Origin: a virus
Lineage: Duplodnaviria; Caudoviricetes
Length of the DNA stretch: 35,130 nucleotides
Strand: one strand, 5' to 3'
IMG/VR virus record: IMGVR_UViG_3300012038_000028
Span: 1 to 35,130 of that record
Shown here: in pieces, positions 1-6,454 of the stretch
How positions within the stretch are numbered: the stretch's first letter is position 1
Layout of the letters: each line of letters starts with the position of its first letter
Made by a program: the position numbers and the translations under genes
Notes under the pieces: generated by a model
What the model saw: the letters and a program-made list of their open reading frames with translations, nothing else
Databases searched by the model: none
What the model was told of the DNA's origin: nothing

Positions 1-919
1 CTCTCTCTGTGAAGGTGACACCCAACTTGGGATCACCGCGATAGTGTGCTTCTATCCAAACGCTACGTGGTGGATTGTGCTTCGTGTAGTGCCTGAAATG
101 TCCCATGACCTTATGATAACGACGATGCTGTACTGATGCATCATCTTCAACGTCACGAAGTGCTGACGTACTGATGCCTCTCTCGATGGCGGGCCGATGC
201 TCGTACCGTCGATGTGGTTTGCAGATGTGAAGTCTAATCTTTCGATACTCAAGCAATGGTGGTTTGTCAGCCTTTGCTCGCTTTGCATTGTGACTGGGCT
301 TCCACTTGACTTGCTCATCGGTGTAGCACCTTGGTTGTGTGACAAGGAAGATGCCGAAGACTATCTCTAGCACAACAGAGCTAAGCTCTACTGCAAGCTT
401 CTTCTGCTTGTACAACGTGCTCTCATTGAACGCATACTCAACAGTGAAGCCTAGCGACTTTTCATCAAGTCTACCGGGCGGCCACTGTGAGAATGTGAGT
501 ACGTGCGTGAGTGTGCACATAAGCCCTTTGCGATCTTTGTCCTTCAAGCCAGTGACGATTGTCATGCGCACACGGTTACTGTCTATACGCTGTATAAGTG
601 CGCCGTAGGCAGCATACTCGATCAACTCGTCGTCAATCACTGAACCTAAGCCTGTGGTGCTGGTGTACTCAAGCCAGAAACAGTCATAGGGCAGACGCGC
701 ACTAGTCAGCACACCAATGAAGGTGAGCTGCTTGTTGTCATGCATATCGTACAGAATGCTGGGCACATCGTCACTAAAGACGATGCGCTCAGCTAGACGG
801 TTGAGTACAGCTACACCGCTATGAGGGTTGAACTTAGTTGGTAGCTCTAACCTACTACGTAGATAGCCGTCATAAGGTGAAGGCACACGGTCGCCATAGA
901 GCCACTGTTGTGCTAGCAC
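1..919 (-). CDS. Hypothetical phage protein, truncated at the left window edge (absent from the ORF track)
   Basis: Manual translation: GTG at 919-917 after AGGAGG, open to position 2 (VLAQQWLYGDRVP...RLPYDCFWLEY...HKVMGHFRHY...WIEAHYRGDPKLGVTFTER). The His/Arg-rich C-terminal motif resembles uncharacterised phage proteins. Confidence 0.8.
   Translation of the reverse strand, partial: MLAQQWLYGDRVPSPYDGYLRSRLELPTKFNPHSGVAVLNRLAERIVFSDDVPSILYDMHDNKQLTFIGVLTSARLPYDCFWLEYTSTTGLGSVIDDELIEYAAYGALIQRIDSNRVRMTIVTGLKDKDRKGLMCTLTHVLTFSQWPPGRLDEKSLGFTVEYAFNESTLYKQKKLAVELSSVVLEIVFGIFLVTQPRCYTDEQVKWKPSHNAKRAKADKPPLLEYRKIRLHICKPHRRYEHRPAIERGISTSALRDVEDDASVQHRRYHKVMGHFRHYTKHNPPRSVWIEAHYRGDPKLGVTFTER
584..596. 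repeat. TATAC-N3-GTATA palindrome (in CDS)
   Basis: TATACGCTGTATA. 582-600 is identical over 19 bp to 1385-1403. Confidence 0.85.
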
Positions 920-928
920 TGATGCCTC

Positions 929-1054
929 CTATGGACAAGCGTTGTAACAATCAATGCCATTGCCACCTATGTACATGACAATGAGCACCAACATCACTCC
1001 GCCTAGCACGTAGCCTAGCAGTGTAAGCACTGCCTCATGTAATGGTACGTGCAT
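929..1054 (-). CDS. Small predicted membrane peptide (41 aa)
   Basis: ATG overlaps the upstream TGA (TGATG coupling). MHVPLHEAVLTLLGYVLGGVMLVLIVMYIGGNGIDCYNACP has one hydrophobic helix. Its TAG overlaps the RBS of the next gene. Confidence 0.65.
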   Translation of the reverse strand: MHVPLHEAVLTLLGYVLGGVMLVLIVMYIGGNGIDCYNACP

Positions 1055-1881
1055 CACGCAGCCCTCCTTGTGATAAGCTCATCAGCCTGTTGCCATAGAG
1101 CTTGGTTGATGTTCACACTACGATCAACATTGCGTATGCTACTCATACGCCTGACTGTGTTGTTGCTCTGATACGTCATACCACCGCGCATGATGTTCTC
1201 TTGTATGACATTCATCACGCAGTAGAGGCTATTATCGTTGTCTGCATTGCGTCTGATCTGCAGCATACGTTGACGCATGTCAGCTACAAAGCTACCACTA
1301 CGATCTTCACCGAAGCGTTGCTTGACAGCTACATCAGCTAACACTAGGCGCTCTGCGAGTGTAGTCTCATGCTGCTTCATGCGATCTATACGCTGTATAA
1401 GTGAACCAATGTGCTCACCCACATCGTCTAGCTCTAGCATCACCTGCTCCATTAGGTCAGGCGCTAGATGCACAAAGCTACGAGCGTACAGCATATCACC
1501 TGCTATACACCCATTCATGCACACAAAGCGAATGAAGCCGAGGAACATCTTCAGCCTACTCGATCCATCATGGCTATCGAGTAGTACTAACTCAGGTGCA
1601 TAGTCTGTGTTAGCGAACGCAGTAGGACGTAGACGTACCATGACCTTTTTGTATAACGACTCACCACCCTGTACACTACTGACCTTGAAGCCACGATTGT
1701 GCATGTGTGTTAGTATGTCGTAGGTGTTAGTGAATGAGTATCTGTCAGTCATCTTAGGGTGTGCTGTAGTAGCAAACAACGCTGGTGCTACTTGACGCAT
1801 ACGCGCTGCATCTGTGAAGCCTGATGCATTCTCAATGTCTACGAGTTCATGCTCAGGTAGTTGTAGCAGTAATTGTGACAT
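1054..1881 (-). CDS. DUF932/DUF945-family protein
   Basis: Motifs APALFA..H...TDRY, PELVLLDSHDGSS and GFIRFVCMNGCI match the family. AGGAG spacing favours ATG 1881 over 1887. Confidence 0.85.
   Translation of the reverse strand: MSQLLLQLPEHELVDIENASGFTDAARMRQVAPALFATTAHPKMTDRYSFTNTYDILTHMHNRGFKVSSVQGGESLYKKVMVRLRPTAFANTDYAPELVLLDSHDGSSRLKMFLGFIRFVCMNGCIAGDMLYARSFVHLAPDLMEQVMLELDDVGEHIGSLIQRIDRMKQHETTLAERLVLADVAVKQRFGEDRSGSFVADMRQRMLQIRRNADNDNSLYCVMNVIQENIMRGGMTYQSNNTVRRMSSIRNVDRSVNINQALWQQADELITRRAA
1387..1399. repeat. TATAC-N3-GTATA palindrome (in the DUF932 CDS)
   Basis: TATACGCTGTATA. Confidence 0.85.
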
Positions 1882-1927
1882 CTTCATCTCCTTGAGTTAT
1901 ACAGTGTATGAAGTGAGGGAGTAACAA

Positions 1928-2185
1928 CTAACCGTTGATCTTGTACCAGTGACCGTCGATGTTCAACTCGTACTCTTGACCACGACCTAGACCAAGGCCA
2001 CGACCATAACGCTTGTGATTAGCAGGCGTCATGATTGCCCAACCACCCGCAGTTGAGCCATCAATGAAGCGTTTGCGTATAGGATAGCCGAAGCTATCTG
2101 TCTTAGGTACTTCACCATACCAACGCTTCGGATTGCTTGACGCTTGTTTGAGCTTCAACACTTCACCAACTGTGAGCTTCATCAT
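1928..2185 (-). CDS. Hypothetical phage protein (85 aa)
   Basis: AGGAG RBS at 2194-2198. First gene after the leftward promoter at 2276-2303. Contains F.DG.T..GWAIM and GRGLGLGRGQEY motifs. Confidence 0.8.
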   Translation of the reverse strand: MMKLTVGEVLKLKQASSNPKRWYGEVPKTDSFGYPIRKRFIDGSTAGGWAIMTPANHKRYGRGLGLGRGQEYELNIDGHWYKING

Positions 2186-2210
2186 GTGGCAGTCTCCTTG
2201 TTTGAGAGTT

Positions 2211-2223
2211 TATACTATGTATA
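2211..2223. repeat. TATAC-N3-GTATA palindrome (PL1 leader, upstream of RBS)
   Basis: TATACTATGTATA. Confidence 0.85.
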
Positions 2224-2275
2224 ACAAGCAAGCTATCTCAACTTCTAGTCACTATCTTCCCTCACTTCTAGCTTT

Positions 2276-2303
2276 ATTATATCACATCTAGGATCACATG
2301 CAA
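2276..2303 (-). promoter_or_regulatory. Leftward sigma70-like promoter PL1
   Basis: Minus strand: TTGCAT-16 nt-TATAAT with extended -10 TGn. Confidence 0.8.
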
Positions 2304-2320
2304 GTCTCAACAGCTTGTGT

Positions 2321-2333
2321 TATACAACGTATA
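2321..2333. repeat. TATAC-N3-GTATA palindrome (upstream of the PL1 -35)
   Basis: TATACAACGTATA. Confidence 0.85.
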
Positions 2334-2571
2334 GCCAACTACACATAGTCTACTATATCACATATACACACACATATAGCCTCAAATGCCTTCGTTGTAC
2401 GCATATACGCACGCAAGGTCAGCACTGTGGTCGGTCACAGTACCAAACTGGGGTCGGCTCCGCCTCCTGGGCGCGTGTGTATGTGTGATGTAGGTGAGCG
2501 GCGTAAGGGTGGCGGACGCACGCCTCTGGCTGCGCTTGTGTTGCCTTCATACTGTGTATGAATGCAGACAC

Positions 2572-2616
2572 AAAAAAACCCGCCGCATGTTGCGAGTGTG
2601 CAACACGCGACGGGTT
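2572..2616 (-). terminator. Rho-independent terminator after the 2635-3495 gene
   Basis: Minus strand: long GC stem (AACCCGTCGCGTGTTGC...GCAACATGCGGCGGG) followed by T7. Confidence 0.85.
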
Positions 2617-2619
2617 AGT

Positions 2620-2632
2620 TATACGTTGTATA
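2620..2632. repeat. TATAC-N3-GTATA palindrome (between stop codon and terminator)
   Basis: TATACGTTGTATA. Confidence 0.85.
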
Positions 2633-2634
2633 AG

Positions 2635-3495
2635 TTACTTGCCAGTTACTGCGGCTTTGATCTTAGTCACAACGTTCGGCACTTTCTTTTCAACGGGTGC
2701 CGCAAGCTTGGCATGCTCATCACGTGCAAGCTGCTTCTCTGCATCCGTTAACGTGTTATCAAGCTGCATCCAGAGTGCACGCAGCTTAGCTTTTGCATCC
2801 GGGCCAACGGCATATGAGCCACCATCGGTGACTAGGCCCGCAAGCGTAGTGTCAAGGTTAGTCACTGCGTCTGCAACCTTGCTAGGTTCAATACGCGTAC
2901 CGTTCGCGCCGCCCTTGTTGACGTTAGGCGTGCCCTGCTTAAGAGACTTCAATTCACCGCGCATATCCAACGCGTTGTCGTGCTTGTCTAGCAGGGCCTT
3001 TGCTTCCTCAATCTTCATAAGCTGCGAAGCATTGAAGAATACGCGGTCCTGCTCATCTTTCGCCTTAACAAAGCAGGACCACGTGCCTTTGCTTTTCTTG
3101 TCCTGTTCATACGTAACAGCGCACCCACGTGATTTGAGATAGGCAACGCCGTTGTATGTCTTTACCGCACGTTCTAGCGCAGTGTTGATTGCGTTAAGCT
3201 GCATTTGCATTGTGCGGAACCGAGTATCTTGCGCGGGTGTGCGCTTCTCAGTCTCTTTGAGTTTGTTGAACTCATCCGCAAACTTCTCACCGTCGGGGCT
3301 ACTCTCTTGCCAATAGTTGACGATGATAGTGCGGGCCTTCTCATCGTCGGCCCGCTTGATCAGACGCAATGACAACGTTGCTAGTTCGTTGTAGTGCGCA
3401 TTGCACAAGTAAATGCCGCCGGTTTCGACCTGTGATTTAGCTTGCGCAATATCAAGCAGATCAGAGACAAGCGAAGTGTGATTAGACTTAGTCAT
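2635..3495 (-). CDS. Hypothetical protein (~286 aa), stand-alone transcription unit
   Basis: Long ORF (track 2635-3531). AGAAGG 9 nt before ATG 3495 favours that start. Has its own promoter and terminator. No family recognised. Confidence 0.75.
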   Translation of the reverse strand: MTKSNHTSLVSDLLDIAQAKSQVETGGIYLCNAHYNELATLSLRLIKRADDEKARTIIVNYWQESSPDGEKFADEFNKLKETEKRTPAQDTRFRTMQMQLNAINTALERAVKTYNGVAYLKSRGCAVTYEQDKKSKGTWSCFVKAKDEQDRVFFNASQLMKIEEAKALLDKHDNALDMRGELKSLKQGTPNVNKGGANGTRIEPSKVADAVTNLDTTLAGLVTDGGSYAVGPDAKAKLRALWMQLDNTLTDAEKQLARDEHAKLAAPVEKKVPNVVTKIKAAVTGK

Positions 3496-3690
3496 GTTGT
3501 GTAGCCTTCTGTTTATGTTGCCGTTGTGCATTATGCCAACGCATAGCCACCGCGTGCATAGCTTCGCACACGGTAGCCAATGCGCCGTCTAGATGTCCTG
3601 CATCGACACATTGTGTCCGCTGTCACCGTCACCGCGTTTACGGCATTGGCTAGGCGTATGCTTGGGCTAGATCAACGTTTCAACATACAC

Positions 3691-3718
3691 ATTGTAACAC
3701 CGTGCAGAACACATGCAA
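3691..3718 (-). promoter_or_regulatory. Leftward sigma70-like promoter PL2
   Basis: Minus strand: TTGCAT-16 nt-TACAAT with TGn extension, same architecture as PL1. Confidence 0.75.
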
Positions 3719-3779
3719 GCTTTTCATCGTGTCAATTAGTAGTACTAAATCACGCAATGTGTGCACTATATCTAGCGTT

Positions 3780-3792
3780 TATACAGTGTATA
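3780..3792. repeat. TATAC-N3-GTATA palindrome (upstream of PL2)
   Basis: TATACAGTGTATA, flanked by TT and AA. Confidence 0.85.
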
Positions 3793-4248
3793 AAGCACAC
3801 AATCACACATAGCTAGAACACCATCGCGCATGAATACGTCATATATAACAGGCACTTAGCACTATAGCATGCCACACATAGCGCACATATAAGCGACAAA
3901 GCGCAACTACACATCGCGACACATAGCACGCACGCACACGTATAGCGCAGGGGTAGAGTCAGCCGCGCCGCTCACCGTGTCGAGTGTGCCCAAGTGTATA
4001 TGTGCCGCATAGTTGCGTGTATGTGTGCGTGCATGTGTTGATGTGTGCGCGTGTTGATGTAGTGTTGCAGATGTGTCCGCCACTGTGACTGCGTTGCTAC
4101 ACTTGTCCCCGCCAATTCCCAAAGGCGCACATTGACATGGACACGTGGCGAGTGGGATGAGCGTCAACACAAGCCCCGCAACTGCGTGAATTGCTTGCCG
4201 CTGTGTGTGCTATTGGTGCCTATGTGGCTATATGTGGCTATGTGTAGT

Positions 4249-4261
4249 TATACAGTGTATA
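4249..4261. repeat. TATAC-N3-GTATA palindrome (non-coding region)
   Basis: TATACAGTGTATA. Confidence 0.85.
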
Positions 4262-4327
4262 GGGGTGAGTACTTGTGTGTATAGATGTGTAGTACTCTAG
4301 ACTATACCAGTAACTCGATGAAGTCAT

Positions 4328-4379
4328 AAAAAGAGGCGCACGTAGTATGTCCTCTGTGTGAGAACTACTACGTGCACCT
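4328..4379 (-). terminator. Rho-independent terminator
   Basis: Minus strand: AGGTGCACGTAGTA...TACTACGTGCGCCT stem followed by CTTTTT. Confidence 0.75.
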
Positions 4380-4399
4380 AAGTTAGACTACCACAACAT
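4328..4399 (-). ncRNA. Putative small RNA (~70 nt)
   Basis: Lies between promoter PL3 and an intrinsic terminator, with no room for a substantial ORF. Confidence 0.55.
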
Positions 4400-4403
4400 A
4401 TAT

Positions 4404-4431
4404 AGTATAGCACATGTGTAATCACATGCAA
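4404..4431 (-). promoter_or_regulatory. Leftward sigma70-like promoter PL3
   Basis: Minus strand: TTGCAT-16 nt-TATACT with TGn extension. Shares CTTGCATGTGAT and ATGTG with PL1. Confidence 0.75.
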
Positions 4432-4572
4432 GCTTACACGCACGTGTGTAGTAGTGCATATGTCGCGGTGATAGAACCAAGCAAGACCAGCCGACCGGGC
4501 CTATCGGCCCGGACATAGTGTTGCTGCAGAGTGTGTCAGTGTTGCTGACGGTTGATGATGGCTATTAACTTG

Positions 4573-4601
4573 TTGACATGACAGTTCCAATGTGCTATGG
4601 C
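4573..4601 (+). promoter_or_regulatory. Rightward promoter of the structural operon (PR1)
   Basis: TTGACA-17 nt-TATGGC preceded by TGC, about 40 nt before the first + strand gene. Confidence 0.6.
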
Positions 4602-4643
4602 GAACATAGACTTACTCTATCTCACATGCAAGGAGAGACAGTC

Positions 4644-5030
4644 ATGCCGTCATGGGCTGGTGGTTGGGACAATCAGTTCGGTGAGCCGCACTCACTCATG
4701 CATCAGTTCACACCAACGATGCGACACATGGCAATCCTCGCTGCATCTGCTGGTGGTCAGCACTTTGCAGAGATCGCACGTGCGCTTGCGAACGGTGTTG
4801 GTGCTAACACTGAGTTCACCATCGCACAGGTGTCAGCACGACAAGCAGACGGCATGAACCAAGGTGGTAAGGTTGCCATCGTGCCGTATGCTGTCGTACC
4901 GATGCGTCCTACTACCAACGTAGACAAGGAAATCTTCCAAGCACAGATGACACCACGCTTTGCACCTGTCATCTACCCTGTTGACAAGTCTGGCAACGGT
5001 GGCGGTGGCAAAGCAGGGACAATCAACTGA
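4644..5030 (+). CDS. Hypothetical protein (128 aa), first gene of the late operon
   Basis: AGGAG RBS precedes ATG 4644. Stop overlaps the next start. Confidence 0.75.
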   Translation: MPSWAGGWDNQFGEPHSLMHQFTPTMRHMAILAASAGGQHFAEIARALANGVGANTEFTIAQVSARQADGMNQGGKVAIVPYAVVPMRPTTNVDKEIFQAQMTPRFAPVIYPVDKSGNGGGGKAGTIN

Positions 5031-5590
5031 TGGACCTTTCACAGATACCACCTGAGACACTGCAACAGGTGATGCAGACGTTGGGCATCACTGACCCTAA
5101 CGAGTTGATGCAACTCATACAGGACAATCCGCAGGCAGCACAGCAGGTGTTGTCGATGATCATGGGTGGTAGTGCTAGCGGTGCTAGTACTGAAGGTAGT
5201 GATTGGGTCGAAGGTGCCGCTGATGAAGCTAGCGGTGCGACTGTGAACGAGCCACAGTCCACCGCCGCAGGGGATGAAAGTGAAAGTGATGCAGCAAGCC
5301 CTCCCGCTGATGCGTCTGCATCCCCTGCACCTATGCAAGATGATGAAGCAGCAGAAGGCGAGGCTCCCATGCCTGCAAGTGGTAGAGGCGGTACGGTTGA
5401 TGATCTAATCAGTGCACAGATGATGCAACGCGCTGCAGGTGATCCGAATGCTGCAGTACCGCGTGCAGGTGGTAGAGGTAAGAACCCGCGCATGCCGTTG
5501 AAGGGTGCACCACAGGGCGGCGGTCAGCAAGCGATGATAGCTGAGTTGTACAGACAGATGGCAGCTAAACAACAGCAGCCGAGGCGTTGA
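5030..5590 (+). CDS. Hypothetical acidic, low-complexity protein (186 aa)
   Basis: TGATG coupling at both ends. Rich in Ala/Asp/Glu/Gln, probably disordered. Confidence 0.7.
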   Translation: MDLSQIPPETLQQVMQTLGITDPNELMQLIQDNPQAAQQVLSMIMGGSASGASTEGSDWVEGAADEASGATVNEPQSTAAGDESESDAASPPADASASPAPMQDDEAAEGEAPMPASGRGGTVDDLISAQMMQRAAGDPNAAVPRAGGRGKNPRMPLKGAPQGGGQQAMIAELYRQMAAKQQQPRR

Positions 5591-6246
5591 TGGCAGAACT
5601 ACCGCTCGCTAATGGGCTTGTCATTGATACCACAACGGGTCAGGCGATGCTTCCTAGCACCGCACCTGATGCGGTCATCAAGCAGCAGACAGCGCGTACG
5701 CAGCAGACTACGCAAGCAGCTATTACAAGAGGTCGTGATCGCAACAATCGTGTTGTGCGCCGTGGTCTTATTGATCTGCCTGCTGACAGCAAAGCAGTGA
5801 CTACAGCAGGTGTTGTGTGGTTGTACTTTATACTTGGTATAAATGACGCAGAGATTGCTGAAGCTACTGGATTGAAGATCAGTCAAGTAGACATGATCAA
5901 GGGTCTGCAGCTATTCACACAGTTAGACACGCTCATCAAAGACAACATCACTGCACTCCAACACCACGATGTGCAGAAGCGCATTGACAGTCTGTCAAGT
6001 GACGCACTCACAAAGCTCGAAGAACTTGTTGAGGATGAAGACACGAAGCCTGCTACTAAGGCACGTGTGCTGATGAACATGCTCGACCGCGGCGGCTTTA
6101 GTCCGAAGCAGGTGCTCGAACACAGACACTCGTTAGAAGGTGGCCTGACTATCCGTCACATACGTGAGATCGCGCAGCCCAAGCACATGCCGAGTATTGA
6201 TGTAGACGCGCGTGATATAACTAATCAAGTTGTGAAGGAGAAGTAG
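5590..6246 (+). CDS. Probable terminase small subunit (HTH-containing)
   Basis: HTH-like GINDAEIAEATGLKISQVDMIK, helical core ending MLDRGGF, and position upstream of the large terminase. Confidence 0.6.
   Translation: MAELPLANGLVIDTTTGQAMLPSTAPDAVIKQQTARTQQTTQAAITRGRDRNNRVVRRGLIDLPADSKAVTTAGVVWLYFILGINDAEIAEATGLKISQVDMIKGLQLFTQLDTLIKDNITALQHHDVQKRIDSLSSDALTKLEELVEDEDTKPATKARVLMNMLDRGGFSPKQVLEHRHSLEGGLTIRHIREIAQPKHMPSIDVDARDITNQVVKEK
5829..5841. repeat. TATAC-N3-GTATA palindrome (in the probable terS CDS)
   Basis: TATACTTGGTATA, flanked by TT and AA. Confidence 0.8.
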
Positions 6247-6248
6247 TC

Positions 6249-6452
6249 ATGGCTATCGTACCGAACAAAGATGGACAAGGAATTATTGTCAATGGGGTCT
6301 ACGGTAGTGTTGATCCCAGTTACACTACACCGACTGTGTTTGCTGCTGGTGTTCCTAGTACAGTAGGCTTCGCTAGTGAACTGCGTGCAGACACTGCGAC
6401 TGGTGACATCTATCGCAACTTGGGTGGCACACGTTGGGTTGATGCGCAGTAA
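6249..6452 (+). CDS. Hypothetical protein (67 aa)
   Basis: AAGGAG RBS. Fills the gap between the two terminase genes. Confidence 0.7.
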   Translation: MAIVPNKDGQGIIVNGVYGSVDPSYTTPTVFAAGVPSTVGFASELRADTATGDIYRNLGGTRWVDAQ

Positions 6453-6454
6453 CG

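Noticed and set aside
52-608. Track ORFs 52-345 (-) and 339-608 (+)
   Set aside because: Both overlap the better-supported minus-strand gene 1-919, which has a strong RBS.
2494-3142. Plus-strand ORFs 2494-2751 and 2558-3142
   Set aside because: They are antisense to the 2635-3495 gene and run across its terminator.
4133-4165. TTGACA as a rightward promoter
   Set aside because: No plausible -10 element at 16-18 nt spacing.
3580-4170. ORFs 3580-3816 (+) and 3907-4170 (-)
   Set aside because: No RBS, and their composition follows from CA/TG dinucleotide runs.
4495-4512. GC hairpin CCGGGCC-TATC-GGCCCGG
   Set aside because: It has no U tract and is a single short stem, so no function can be supported.
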